Of a DNA stretch of 64,000 bases, positions 47,083 through 57,640 are shown piece by piece. The stretch is from contig DIZX01000002.1 in assembly GCA_002429485.1 (NCBI GenBank), positions 3,082 through 67,081 on the forward strand, read 5' to 3'. The position numbers and the translations under genes are program-made. This DNA comes from Patescibacteria group bacterium UBA6017 (lineage in GTDB: Bacteria > Patescibacteriota > Saccharimonadia > UBA4664). Every line of letters starts with the position of its first letter. Within the stretch, counting starts at the first letter, position 1. The notes below the pieces were generated by a model. It was given only the letters and a program-made list of their open reading frames with translations, ran no database searches and was not told the DNA's origin.

Positions 47083-47994
47083 TCAGGCGATCTCAGCCAA
47101 CGCCTTGGCGATGATCGTGGTCTCGTCCTCGAGGCTCGCCGGCACCTTCTGACGGTCAGGGTCGATGTCGCCGATGAGGGTGATCTTGGCGCCGACCTTT
47201 TCGGCGGTGATCCCCGGTATGGTGACACCGTCTGTCTCGGCGACGAAGATCCTGGAGACGTGGCCGCCGGCGACTGAGTAGATGTGGCCGCTGACCAAGC
47301 ACTCTTCGTGTGCGAGGTAGGCGACCACGGGGCTGACGGTCTCGGGCGAGACCTTGCTTGCCAGGTCCTCTCCGAGGATGTCCTCGGTCATCCGGGTCCG
47401 CGCGATCGGTGCGATCGCGTTGACCTTGATGTTGTGACTGGCGCCCTCGAGAGCGAGGACTCGGGTGAGTCCGGCGAGGCCAGCCTTGGCTGCGCCGTAG
47501 TTGGCCTGACCGAAGTTGCCGAACAGGCCGGAAGCCGAGCTCGTGCTGACGATGCGGCCGTAGCCCTGCTCGCGCATGAGCCTGTAGGCAGGCCCGGTGA
47601 CGTTGAAGGCACCCTTGAGGTGGACGTCGATGACCGCGGTGATCATGGTGTCATCCATCTTGTGGAAAGCCTTGTCGCGCAGAATGCCGGCGTTGTTGAC
47701 GAGGATGTCGACTCGGCCGAAGGCATCGATCGCGGCCTGCACGATGGCCGCGCCGCCTTCTGCGATGGCCACGGAGTCGTGGTTGGCTACGGCGATGCCA
47801 CCGAACGCGGTGATCTCGGCGACCACGAGGTCGGCGGCAGACAGCGATGAGCCACTGCCGTCGACTGCCCCGCCGAGGTCGTTGACCAGAACTTGGGCGC
47901 CGCGACGAGCGAGCTCGAGAGCGTGCGAGCGACCGAGGCCCCCGCCAGCACCAGTGATGATGGCAACACGGCCGTCAAAGCGAATATCTGACAT
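47083..47994 (-). CDS. SDR oxidoreductase (MFE-2/hydroxyacyl-CoA dehydrogenase-like)
   Basis: TGAGGGLG, VNDLGG, NNAGILRD, GNFGQANYGAAK; GAAGGG SD. Confidence 0.92.
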   Translation of the reverse strand: MSDIRFDGRVAIITGAGGGLGRSHALELARRGAQVLVNDLGGAVDGSGSSLSAADLVVAEITAFGGIAVANHDSVAIAEGGAAIVQAAIDAFGRVDILVNNAGILRDKAFHKMDDTMITAVIDVHLKGAFNVTGPAYRLMREQGYGRIVSTSSASGLFGNFGQANYGAAKAGLAGLTRVLALEGASHNIKVNAIAPIARTRMTEDILGEDLASKVSPETVSPVVAYLAHEECLVSGHIYSVAGGHVSRIFVAETDGVTIPGITAEKVGAKITLIGDIDPDRQKVPASLEDETTIIAKALAEIA

Positions 47995-48124
47995 GTCGTA
48001 CCCTTCGGTTCGATTGAAACACAACAGAACAGAGTACAAGAGTAATCTGCCACCACAGTGTGAGATGGAATCGTAGGTTTGTCAAGCTCGGTAATCTGTT
48101 GCGCAGAAGGTATAATACTATTTG

Positions 48125-48958
48125 ATGACCGAACTTATAAGCCAAACCGAATTGATTTGCCCGACTTGCCGGTTGGCACTCGCCGCTGCGGACCGAGCAT
48201 TCGCCTGTGAGTCGGGCCATAGCTATGACCTGGCAAGGGAAGGTTATATAAATCTGATCACCGGCAAAGCGCCGAGCGCGCTGCAGGGCGATAATGCCGA
48301 AATGGTGCGGGCGAGGCGGGCGTTCCTGGGGCGGGGACACTACCGGCCGCTGGCCGAGGCAGTAGCGGAAGCAGTGACGGGTATGTCTATGCAGGTGCTA
48401 GCGGATTTTGGCTGCGGTGAAGGATATTACCTTGATCAGCTAATGAATACGCCGGGACTTAAAGGCGTACGGGTGTATGGCACGGATATCTCAAAGCCGG
48501 CCATAGCGGCTGCCGCCAAGGCCTACCCCCTGACCCAGTGGGTAGTGGCCGACACCAACCGATTAATCCCGTTGGCGGACGGGTCGGTGGATGCGGCGAT
48601 TGATGTGTTTGCCCCGAGGAACGCGGCAGAATTTGGACGGGTTATTCGACCCGGCGGGCGCCTGGTGGTGGCAATTCCCGGCCCTGCACACTTGGCAGAT
48701 ATAAGTGAACGGTTTGGATTAATCGGCATTCAAAACGACAAGCCGGCAAAAATTAGTTCACAACTGAATGAATTTGATTTGCTCGACACTAAGCGGGTAG
48801 AAGATGAGATTCTCCTTGACACGTCAAGCTTACGGGATTTGCTCGAAATGACTCCCAATGCCCGCCATTTGAGCGAGCAGGCTCGGGCCGAGGTTGAACG
48901 TCTGAGCGAAACCAGGACACATATCGAATTTGACGTGCTGAGCTTTGGCCGACGCTAA
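48125..48958 (+). CDS. 23S rRNA m1G methyltransferase RlmA-like
   Basis: CPTC...CESGHSYDLAREGYINL Zn finger, GDNAEMVRARRAFL, DFGCGEGYY. Confidence 0.85.
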   Translation: MTELISQTELICPTCRLALAAADRAFACESGHSYDLAREGYINLITGKAPSALQGDNAEMVRARRAFLGRGHYRPLAEAVAEAVTGMSMQVLADFGCGEGYYLDQLMNTPGLKGVRVYGTDISKPAIAAAAKAYPLTQWVVADTNRLIPLADGSVDAAIDVFAPRNAAEFGRVIRPGGRLVVAIPGPAHLADISERFGLIGIQNDKPAKISSQLNEFDLLDTKRVEDEILLDTSSLRDLLEMTPNARHLSEQARAEVERLSETRTHIEFDVLSFGRR

Positions 48959-48980
48959 TTACCAGTTATACTAAAAACAT

Positions 48981-50063
48981 ATGAGTTTTCCAAAACTGAG
49001 CATATCCAGAGCTCAGCTTACGAGGTGGGTGCCATTTGGTGGCGTTGCAACGGCATTATTCGTTAGCGGATTGGCCGTGGTACTGCTATGGCCGCAAGCC
49101 AGCGTGAGCTTATCGCTAGACGGCACATTGCCGCCAAAATTGCAGTCTGAATACGGCCGCACGGTGAAACTGCTTCACGATTTTCAGGCACGCCAAAACG
49201 ACCTGCATTCGGAAGTGGTATCCCAGGGTGAGATAAATAGACAACTGTCCCTGATTTCGCTTGATGCTCAGAGCGGTCACTTCGTGGCGGCCCGTAATGA
49301 TATTCGGTCACTAAGGCAGGCGGTGGCCAACTGGAACCTGGAGCTCAGCAGCGGACCGAAGGCAGCGGCAACGTTGGCCAGCGCCCCAATATCAGCGGCG
49401 GCGCTAGGCGGCTTACACCTGCCGATTTTGCTATACCACTATCCCCCGCCCGATTTTGAGGCTCAGCTCGTGCACCTGGAGCAGGCCGGCTACACGGTGA
49501 TCGACCTCGATCAGGCATTGGCGGGACTACGCGGCGAAGCCTTACCGGCCAAACCGGTAGTTATAACTTTCGACGATGGGTTTTCGGCCCAGATGTCGGC
49601 CTTTGAGGCTTTGAAGCGCCACAATATGAAAGCTACGTTCTACATCATCTATGGCGGTGAGGCGAGCAAGTGGTGTATTGGAGCGGGCCGCCGCTACGGC
49701 GATCCGCTGCAGCCGCCAAACGGCTGCGGTGATGGCTATCTCAACTGGGATCAGGTGAAAATGCTCGACCGCAGCGGTCTAATCACCATAGCCGGCCACA
49801 CCATTAATCACCGTAATCTGGTCTCACTGTCCGAGACCGACCAGCGCTTCGAGATCGAAGTGGGTAAAGAAATGCTCGAAGGCGAGCTGGGCCACAGCGT
49901 GCGGCACTTTGCTTACCCCTACGGCCAATTCAATGCTACGACCATCAAAATCGTCCAAGAGGCGGGCTACCTCACGGCAACGACGACAATTCCCGGCGTT
50001 GACCAACCGGCGGGATCAGCTTTCACGCTGCGGCGTGTGCGCAACACGTTTCAGCTCCCCTAG
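48981..50063 (+). CDS. Membrane-anchored polysaccharide deacetylase (CE4/NodB)
   Basis: TM + coiled coil; PILLYH, ITFDDG, GHTINH, FAYPYG. Confidence 0.9.
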   Translation: MSFPKLSISRAQLTRWVPFGGVATALFVSGLAVVLLWPQASVSLSLDGTLPPKLQSEYGRTVKLLHDFQARQNDLHSEVVSQGEINRQLSLISLDAQSGHFVAARNDIRSLRQAVANWNLELSSGPKAAATLASAPISAAALGGLHLPILLYHYPPPDFEAQLVHLEQAGYTVIDLDQALAGLRGEALPAKPVVITFDDGFSAQMSAFEALKRHNMKATFYIIYGGEASKWCIGAGRRYGDPLQPPNGCGDGYLNWDQVKMLDRSGLITIAGHTINHRNLVSLSETDQRFEIEVGKEMLEGELGHSVRHFAYPYGQFNATTIKIVQEAGYLTATTTIPGVDQPAGSAFTLRRVRNTFQLP

Positions 50064-50560
50064 GTAGTAGGCAGGCCTAGCTTTTCACTAATAATGTTGA
50101 GAACTTCGCGGGGAGTTAGCTCGGCCTTCACGAGATACTCGGCGCCATAGGAATGAGCCGTATTGCGGTCGGACAATTCGGATGAATTAGTGAGCACAAT
50201 CACGGGCATCTGGGCGAAATCAAAACCGTCATTCTGGAGCGCAGAGAGCACTTCGAGGCCGGAGAGCTCGGGCATGTTAATATCGAGCACCGCCAGATTG
50301 GGGTGTTCGGACTTTACGGCTTCAAAGGCGTCGCGGCCGTTGTTTTTCAGGACAACGCGGAAGCCGGCACTCTCCAGCTTGATCTGGTACATACGTGAAA
50401 TAAACGGATCGTCTTCGGCAATCAGAATAGTTTTGATGTCGGGATCAACAGCAGCGACTGGGGCTGCCGGTGCTGCGGCTGGGGCTGCTGGAGTTGCGGC
50501 TGCGGCCGGGGCTGCAGATTCGGCAACCGGGGCGGGGGCATTATTTGTGGGACTTGGCAT
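50060..50560 (-). CDS. Single-domain response regulator with Ala/Pro-rich N-tail
   Basis: ILIAEDD, LDINMPELSG, LTN, YLVK; overlaps the kinase stop. Confidence 0.9.
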   Translation of the reverse strand: MPSPTNNAPAPVAESAAPAAAATPAAPAAAPAAPVAAVDPDIKTILIAEDDPFISRMYQIKLESAGFRVVLKNNGRDAFEAVKSEHPNLAVLDINMPELSGLEVLSALQNDGFDFAQMPVIVLTNSSELSDRNTAHSYGAEYLVKAELTPREVLNIISEKLGLPTT

Positions 50561-52724
50561 GGGCGACCTCGCGTATTGGTGTTACTGGCTTAAACGGTAG
50601 CTCGAAACCAAAGGTCGAACCTTTACCCTCGACGCTATTGAATATGATTGTACCACCCTGATCCTCTACTACCCGTTTTGCCAGATACAGACCAAGCCCG
50701 GTACCGTCGGGACGAACAATCTGAGCGTTGTCAGCGCGGAAAAATTTGGTAAAGAGTTTTTTCTTGGCTTTATCGGGCACACCAATGCCGCTGTCGCGAA
50801 CCTCGAGCCGAACCCTATCGCCGGACTGCTCAAGGACCACCCTCACTTCGCCCGTTTGAGTGTAATAAATGGCGTTATCGATAAAGTTCATTACCACCTG
50901 GCGGGTTTTGTTGTCGTCAATTTCGGCTGGCGGCAAAATTTCGGTTGGGCGGTCAAAAATAAGCTGAATATTCTTGGCAGAGGCATGGGTGGCTAGCTGA
51001 CGAACTTCGTCGGCAACCAAGCCTACCATGTCGGTCGGCTTGGTCTGGATCAGGAAACGCCCCGCCGACAGGCGCGACACATTAAGAAGGTCGGAAATAA
51101 GGTTGACCATCCGCTCCGACGAGCCATAGGCAAATTCGGCGAACTCTTTTTGGGTGGGAGTAAGCTGGCCGGAGTCACCCTCGAGCATCATCGACAGATA
51201 CCCCTTGATGGTAGTGAGAGGTGTGCGCAACTGGTGTGAGGCCATCGAGATAAACTCATCCTTGGCTTTATCGAGCTCCTTAAGGTGGTGGTTGGCCACG
51301 CGCAAGCGATTGGTGGCGTGATCGATGCGCGCCTGCAGAGTGAGGTTAAACTCTTCGATCTGGGCATACGCTTTGGCGTTCAAGATGGCGACGGCGAGCT
51401 GCTTGCCGATGATCTCGAGCAAGTCTAAATCTTGATTCGAATATATATCGCCGGAAAGCTTGTCTCCGAGCAGCAAATACCCCACGAACTCCTCGCGCGT
51501 CTTGAGGGTGAGTGAGACCCGAATACCGTGCTCTTCCATCAGTTGCTTGCGCTGGCCGCCTTCGAGCTCATCGGCCACAATCATCGGTGACTTAAGGGTG
51601 CTGAGCTCCGGAGCTACCATTAGCCGCTTAGGCAGCTCACCGTAGTGTTCCACCCGATACACGCGCTCGTTGTTGAAGATAACGAGTTGGCCAAACTCGA
51701 TATTAAGGCTTTCGCAAAGGGCAGTAATGGTGCGCTTAAGAATTCGGTCCAAGTCTCGTTCGGATACAAGAATTTTGGAGAAGTTGTTTAATACTACTTG
51801 GGAATCATAGAGATGCCGATAAAAGATATGGTCAGTAATGTTCTGGAAAAACCGCTTAAGCGGGTGGAACGTGAACGCCAGGACCATAGCAAGCATCGTG
51901 TAGATAGCAACTTGGTTGAACGAAGTTGAGGTTCCCGGCAGAAGAACAGAGACGATCCAAAATCCCGTGGCTGCATAAATACCCTCGAAAGTCAGTAGCA
52001 GGAGTAGGTAGGTAATGGTACGCGCAACAAAGAATCGGATATCGAATAGCCGCTGAGTGACAACCGCATAGGCCACGCTGCCAGTAAAGAACAGAGTGTA
52101 GGCGGCACCATACGGCAGCAGCCAATTGATCTGGAAAAAAGCCACCAGCACAAAATTCGTGATGAATATCAATCCAAAGGTAATGCTCAGCCCGAATATG
52201 ACGTACTTAAACTGTTGGCGTTCAAGATTCTTGGATTTACGATATTGCCTTACCAGGGTGCTCCCCGCAAGTCCAAGCAGCAGTACGGTTTGGGCCAGAA
52301 ACACTACTATCCCCGGGCCGGGTATGGCGCTTACGCTTCCTGTAGCACTCATCTCGAGGTGAGTGAAGACGTATGGCGTTAGAGTCAGAGCCATCACGAA
52401 TGCCGTTAACATAATAGCGGGTAATATAAACCTGTCCTTGGGTGGGTGAGCGCGGGGAAACGACCTAAACGTCAGGAAAGCGGCTAAATTCAAGAAGGCG
52501 GCCGTAAACAGTACAATCCGAACCAATACCAGTTGGTTCTCGAGCGAGGAGTGTACCGACAGATAGTTGGCGCCGCTCCAAGCACAAAAGGCTAGGGCAA
52601 GAATTAAAAAGCGGCTGTTGGTAGCGCTTTTCGGGTTCTTCAAGTACACCAACAATCCAAGAAGGACATTGGCAAGCAGAGCAAAGACTAGGATAATGAT
52701 CTCAAGCATAGTCTCTATTAGCAT
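50541..52724 (-). CDS. Multi-TM (HisKA_7TM-like) GAF sensor histidine kinase
   Basis: About 9 TM N-terminus, GAF-like region, ASHQLRTPL H-box, NFIDNA, DSGIG, FFRA, GTGLGL. Confidence 0.93.
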   Translation of the reverse strand: MLIETMLEIIILVFALLANVLLGLLVYLKNPKSATNSRFLILALAFCAWSGANYLSVHSSLENQLVLVRIVLFTAAFLNLAAFLTFRSFPRAHPPKDRFILPAIMLTAFVMALTLTPYVFTHLEMSATGSVSAIPGPGIVVFLAQTVLLLGLAGSTLVRQYRKSKNLERQQFKYVIFGLSITFGLIFITNFVLVAFFQINWLLPYGAAYTLFFTGSVAYAVVTQRLFDIRFFVARTITYLLLLLTFEGIYAATGFWIVSVLLPGTSTSFNQVAIYTMLAMVLAFTFHPLKRFFQNITDHIFYRHLYDSQVVLNNFSKILVSERDLDRILKRTITALCESLNIEFGQLVIFNNERVYRVEHYGELPKRLMVAPELSTLKSPMIVADELEGGQRKQLMEEHGIRVSLTLKTREEFVGYLLLGDKLSGDIYSNQDLDLLEIIGKQLAVAILNAKAYAQIEEFNLTLQARIDHATNRLRVANHHLKELDKAKDEFISMASHQLRTPLTTIKGYLSMMLEGDSGQLTPTQKEFAEFAYGSSERMVNLISDLLNVSRLSAGRFLIQTKPTDMVGLVADEVRQLATHASAKNIQLIFDRPTEILPPAEIDDNKTRQVVMNFIDNAIYYTQTGEVRVVLEQSGDRVRLEVRDSGIGVPDKAKKKLFTKFFRADNAQIVRPDGTGLGLYLAKRVVEDQGGTIIFNSVEGKGSTFGFELPFKPVTPIREVAHAKSHK

Positions 52725-52752
52725 AACTACTTTGAGAGGAAAACACCAACTC

Positions 52753-53763
52753 GTGACAAACTATTCGGCCTGGGACGTGTCTAGCCAAGACTTTCCAATA
52801 AAAGGAGCTATCGAAAAGCAGATCGAGTTTTTGTGCCGCTACGCCATATTGGCGCCATCAGTACACAACGTTCAACCGTGGAGATTCGAGATCGACAACA
52901 GCACCTTGCGAGTATTTCTGGCAAAAGAACGCACGCTCGAAGCGGGAGACCCTACCGGCCGGGAGGGTTGGCTAAGTATCGGAGCGGCTATAGAGAATTT
53001 GCTCGTGGCGGCAAAATATTTTGGCCTAAGCGCCGCAGAGATACGGCGCAATGCCCATAGTGTGGAGTATGCATTCACTCCCGGCCAGGCCGATCTACAT
53101 CTCGAACCACTTATGCAGGCGATGGTTAACCGCGCCAGTAACCGCGAGCCATACTCCTCCACCCCGGTAGCGCGTGAGACACTCGATGAGATAGCAGGAA
53201 ATCAGGATGAGGGCGTTCAGGTCGTAGCTTCGAGCGACCGTAAATTAATCGAGCTGATTGCTAACCTCACTGGCCGAGCCATCGCAATTGCGCTAGGCAA
53301 TCCCTCATTTCGTGACGAACTGAGCTCCCTCGTACGCTCAAGTTGGACAAAAAAATCTACCGGCATGCCGGGATTCGGATTGGCAGTGTCGGGGGCCCGT
53401 TCGCTTATAGAGAATAAACTCATTCGGAGCGGTGCAACCGCTGATGCTCAGGGGAAGAAAGAACACGATGTGTTGATCCACAGCGGGGCTGTGGTGCTGG
53501 TATTTGCAGATGGCGACACACAGCCATACTGGATCAATGCCGGACGGGCCTATCAGCGCGCCGCGCTGGTGGCAACGGCTCATAGCCTAGATACCGCAAC
53601 TATGGCTGCCACCGTTGAAGCCGCAGACTTTCATCTTGATGTTGAGCGATATTGCGATACTGGCGGACGGCTGCTAGCCGTGATGCGCATCGGACACTCC
53701 GGCAAGCCCGCGCGGCATTCGCCCCGATTGGCTGCGCACGAAGTAGTTACATTTTCTTCATAG
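52753..53763 (+). CDS. Nitroreductase-fold (Acg/Rv3131-like) FMN protein
   Basis: AILAPSVHNVQPWRF, GAAIENL, RASNR.PY, AGRAYQR, MRIG...SPR. Confidence 0.85.
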   Translation: MTNYSAWDVSSQDFPIKGAIEKQIEFLCRYAILAPSVHNVQPWRFEIDNSTLRVFLAKERTLEAGDPTGREGWLSIGAAIENLLVAAKYFGLSAAEIRRNAHSVEYAFTPGQADLHLEPLMQAMVNRASNREPYSSTPVARETLDEIAGNQDEGVQVVASSDRKLIELIANLTGRAIAIALGNPSFRDELSSLVRSSWTKKSTGMPGFGLAVSGARSLIENKLIRSGATADAQGKKEHDVLIHSGAVVLVFADGDTQPYWINAGRAYQRAALVATAHSLDTATMAATVEAADFHLDVERYCDTGGRLLAVMRIGHSGKPARHSPRLAAHEVVTFSS

Positions 53764-54997
53764 CTCGGTCGAGAATCCGAGAGTGCTGGCGGTGACGGAG
53801 CTTGTGTTTGATACCCACGCGTCCTTCGATAAGTGTGCTCTCGAGCGAAACGATAGTACGCCCAGATTTGAGCGGCTCGGACAAAGCAAGTTGCCGGACC
53901 GCAAATGCCACTACAGCCCCAGCAATCATGGCGGTGCCTCCGAGTTGAGGTTGAGTGGGCAGGGTGGATCCAACTTTTAAAAGTGATTTCTGCATATCAA
54001 GCGGAACATTTTTGGTGCCAATGATAGCGGTGGCGTATTTGAGCCACTCGCGCTGAGACATATCTTTGCGGCTGAGGATTTCTTCTATGTTGCCGACCAG
54101 CCCGTGAAACAGCGGTAGATTTGGGTTGAGATCGTAACGCTCAACGTCGAGCATAACGTCATCCCCGAGATCGGTGGCCATAATAACGGGTATACGGCGC
54201 TCGCGGGCGGCCACCCGAAGTCGGATCTTAACCTCTAGGTCGTCAATTTCATCTATCAGGACGTCGGTCGGCCAGGGATGGTCGAGAAAATCGGGCAGGG
54301 TATCTGGCTTGACGGGGGCATGGAGCTGCTCGAGCTGAATATACGGGTTCATTTCGTAGAGTTGGCGGGCAACCACGCGGGCTTTTTCTTCACCTACACT
54401 CGCCACTCCGGTACGAATGCGGTTAAGATTTGAGCCGCTGATGACGGCGCCGTCGGCAATTTTCATCCGACTCGAGCCACCCTGCAAGATCAAAGCCACG
54501 GCCGCACTGCTGCCGACGCTCATCCCGAAGCAAGCCGCGTTGATAGCGGCGTACTGAGTTTGTTGTGCCGCGGTGATGAGGTCTTTGTTTCGCACAGTCC
54601 TCAACGCCGTAAATAGCTGCTCTTCGAGAATGTGAACAAGTTGACCATTCCATGGGTAATATACCCAACTGCCCTTGCGCCAGGCCGGCACCCCGGCATA
54701 GTGCTGGTCGAGCATTTCAGCGATAGAGTGCTGCTTAATGTCTGGGCTGGCGCGGTAGAGATGGGCGTTTTCGCTGATGAACAGCTCGGCAAGCTGTTCA
54801 TCATAATTATCGATTACCTTGGTGATGCTGGCACCTTCGAGAATCTTCTCAAGACGCAGCTCGCCAGCGGCATCGTCGAGGCTTACTACTACCGGCGCAT
54901 CGGCCGAGTCGTGCAAAGTCGCCCGGGAAGCGGCCGCCTGAAGGTATTCCGGCCAGGTGCCAGAATAGTCGGTCTTAGAGAGGTTTAAGTGTCCCAT
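53747..54997 (-). CDS. ThiF/E1-like adenylyltransferase (Rv1355c/MoeY-type)
   Basis: WVYYPW, RTVRNKDLIT, GMSVGS, ADGAVISGSNLNR, IDEIDD, DVERYD, PQLG. Confidence 0.88.
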   Translation of the reverse strand: MGHLNLSKTDYSGTWPEYLQAAASRATLHDSADAPVVVSLDDAAGELRLEKILEGASITKVIDNYDEQLAELFISENAHLYRASPDIKQHSIAEMLDQHYAGVPAWRKGSWVYYPWNGQLVHILEEQLFTALRTVRNKDLITAAQQTQYAAINAACFGMSVGSSAAVALILQGGSSRMKIADGAVISGSNLNRIRTGVASVGEEKARVVARQLYEMNPYIQLEQLHAPVKPDTLPDFLDHPWPTDVLIDEIDDLEVKIRLRVAARERRIPVIMATDLGDDVMLDVERYDLNPNLPLFHGLVGNIEEILSRKDMSQREWLKYATAIIGTKNVPLDMQKSLLKVGSTLPTQPQLGGTAMIAGAVVAFAVRQLALSEPLKSGRTIVSLESTLIEGRVGIKHKLRHRQHSRILDRAMKKM

Positions 54998-56469
54998 TAG
55001 CGCTTAACCCAACGGTGCTTTACGCCCTTAGCAAAATGTTCCTGATCGCCGAATTCGATCAGGTTTACCACCGGTTCGGCCTTATCCTTAACTGCGCTGT
55101 AAAGCTTACGAAATTCGCCGTTTAATTTGGTTAGTTTTGTGATGAGGGTACGGCTGGCGATGGCCTTGTACTCAGCCTCTGGGCGAATACCCCTGGCTAG
55201 TTCTATGTTGATCTCAATATACTGATCCATATCGGACTTATTGTTAGTGGCCATGGTGAATTTACCCGTAACCCAGCCGCGCATTTTGGGGTCCACCAGA
55301 GCAGCTTTAATGTTTTCGGGGTAGATATTGACGGCGTAAATAGTGGCGGTGAAGTCTTTGCGCCCGTTCAGGTAGACAAACGGCAAATGCCACGGCTTAG
55401 TGTCTATACCGTGTTGGGCTATCCCCTGTGCAAAAGCGGGTCCGGCCATGGCTACGGCTTCGTCATAAGGGAGAATACCCCCGAGATCATGGATATTGTA
55501 GCGCAACAAGGGAATACCCGCGTAGGCGGAAAACACCATCTCGCCGCCAACTGACTCGAAATAACGGCTCATCGGGTCGTACTGCATTAGAGACGGCAGG
55601 ACTTCGGTTCCGAAATATTTTTGACTGACGGCTGGACGTCGATTGAGTATACGCCGAAGTAATATCGAAACCGGGGTTTCGTGTCCAAGCATAGCGGCAT
55701 CGGCACTGCCATATATATTTATGCCGCCGCGGTAAGGATCGCGAGAGCCGACTTGACGCAGCATGTAGTCCCGCCACTCTTCACTGAAGGCTTCACCTGC
55801 CCACATAAATTTCACGTTAAGGCGGTTCCACCGAATGCCCTGGTTGCGGCCCTCATCCAGAATATCTTTGGTGAACGGCGGATATCCGGCAATAATCACC
55901 TGCTCATACTGGCTGCCGAGGTGCTTAATAGCTTTAACGGCTTCTTCTTTTTCCATTCCGGGAGTGACGAGGTTTATCTTGAGACCATGTTCGATGGCAC
56001 CAAGTGTACTCGAGGTGGTGTACGACCCGGCGATCCATGTACCCATCGAGAAGCAGACAACAACGAGCGTGGATTTGTGGTCGGCATTGAATATTTCGCG
56101 GTAAATGCGGGCGTGGAGCACAGCGCCTTCGACGTCTTGTCCCAAACTACGAGGCCAGAAAAAGGGTGCCCCCGTTGAACCGGAGCTAACTGAAATAATT
56201 CGGGAATGATCCAGCGTGCCGTCCCAGCAGAGCTCTGCGAGCGGGTATTTGGTGAGGTAATTTTTTTTGTCGACAAGCGGAAGCTGCTTGAAATCAGCAA
56301 TAGTTTTCACAGACTTCGGGTTGACGCCGGCCTGCTTCAAGAAATCTTTGTAGGCGGGGACTCTCACGGCGGCTTCACTAAAAAGTTTCAGCACCGATCG
56401 ATCGGCGGGAAGTGGATCAGAAGCGACAACATTTCCCGTACGGAATAGGGTGTTTGTGATTATCTTCAT
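54997..56469 (-). CDS. Phenylacetate-CoA ligase (PaaK)-family adenylating enzyme
   Basis: VPAYKDFL, SSGSTG P-loop, AGYP, AGE, YGSAD, PLLRYNIHD, GR, NIYP. Confidence 0.88.
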   Translation of the reverse strand: MKIITNTLFRTGNVVASDPLPADRSVLKLFSEAAVRVPAYKDFLKQAGVNPKSVKTIADFKQLPLVDKKNYLTKYPLAELCWDGTLDHSRIISVSSGSTGAPFFWPRSLGQDVEGAVLHARIYREIFNADHKSTLVVVCFSMGTWIAGSYTTSSTLGAIEHGLKINLVTPGMEKEEAVKAIKHLGSQYEQVIIAGYPPFTKDILDEGRNQGIRWNRLNVKFMWAGEAFSEEWRDYMLRQVGSRDPYRGGINIYGSADAAMLGHETPVSILLRRILNRRPAVSQKYFGTEVLPSLMQYDPMSRYFESVGGEMVFSAYAGIPLLRYNIHDLGGILPYDEAVAMAGPAFAQGIAQHGIDTKPWHLPFVYLNGRKDFTATIYAVNIYPENIKAALVDPKMRGWVTGKFTMATNNKSDMDQYIEINIELARGIRPEAEYKAIASRTLITKLTKLNGEFRKLYSAVKDKAEPVVNLIEFGDQEHFAKGVKHRWVKR

Positions 56470-56500
56470 TGTTCCTGTAAGCTACTATATAAGATATAGC

Positions 56501-57607
56501 ATGAAATCAATCATTGCACATAGAGCGCAGTCGTTTACGAGCTCAGAAATAATGGGCTTTTTTGCCAAAGCCAAGGGACTGGCAAACCCGATCGATCTAA
56601 GCATCGGCATCCCATACGGCGAGATGACGTCGGCTGGACGCGACGCAGCTGTGAAGGCTCTCCATGAGGGCAAGACTACCTATTCGCCAGCCGGAGGAAT
56701 GGTAGATTTGCGCGCGGTAGTGGCGAAAAAGCTACAGGAAAGAAACAATATTCCCGCGTTGACTGATACTACGATTATTACGGCCGGTGTAAGTGCCGGC
56801 CTATTTTTGGCAATGGCGGCTATTCTCGATCCTGGCGATGAAATCATAATCCCCGACCCATTTTTCTTGGCTTACCGCGAACTGGCGGTGTTGCTGGATG
56901 TGAAGCCGGTATTTCTTGATACCTACCCGTCATTTAATCTCGATGTTAGCCGGCTAGAGAAATTGATCTCGCCGCGCACTAAGGCCGTATTGATTAACTC
57001 GCCCAACAATCCGGCGGGCACGGTATACGAGCGCGCAACGCTAGAGGCGTTAGCTGAAGTCTGCAAGAAAAATGATCTGGTTGTGATTTCTGATGAGGTG
57101 TATGAGGATTTCGTGTTTTCGGGCGAGCACACGAGCATAGGATCGATATATCAGCCGACGATAACACTCAACGGGTTCTCGAAAAATCATGCGATGACCG
57201 GAATGCGGATCGGCTACGCTCACAGCACGCCGGAAATCATTAAAGCCATGACCGATCTCGAGCAGTTCGTGTTTTTCTCAAATTCTTCGGTGGCCGAACA
57301 CGCAGCAATGGCCGTACTCAGTGTGTCGACCGAGGCTACGATGCAGCATTATGCCAAGAATCGTGAGTACATTTTCGAGAACCTTGATCCAGCATATGAA
57401 CGCTCGGAAAGTGCAGGGTCATTCTTCTGCTTCATAAAACACCCGACACTCAACGGGCGAGAAGTGGCCGAGAAAGCCCTTGCCCAGCAACTAGTCGTGA
57501 TACCCGGTGATTTGTTTTCGCTTAGAACAAGCCATTTTCGCATTTCCTATGCAACGGATTTAATAACATTGACGGCCGGCATAAATATTTTGAACGCACT
57601 CATATAG
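56501..57607 (+). CDS. PLP-dependent aminotransferase class I/II
   Basis: LSIGIP, INSPNNPAG, ISDEVY, GFSKNHAMTGMRIGY, FRISYA. Confidence 0.92.
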   Translation: MKSIIAHRAQSFTSSEIMGFFAKAKGLANPIDLSIGIPYGEMTSAGRDAAVKALHEGKTTYSPAGGMVDLRAVVAKKLQERNNIPALTDTTIITAGVSAGLFLAMAAILDPGDEIIIPDPFFLAYRELAVLLDVKPVFLDTYPSFNLDVSRLEKLISPRTKAVLINSPNNPAGTVYERATLEALAEVCKKNDLVVISDEVYEDFVFSGEHTSIGSIYQPTITLNGFSKNHAMTGMRIGYAHSTPEIIKAMTDLEQFVFFSNSSVAEHAAMAVLSVSTEATMQHYAKNREYIFENLDPAYERSESAGSFFCFIKHPTLNGREVAEKALAQQLVVIPGDLFSLRTSHFRISYATDLITLTAGINILNALI

Positions 57608-57640
57608 TCATAATCGCTAGTAACTTGTATAATATTAAGC

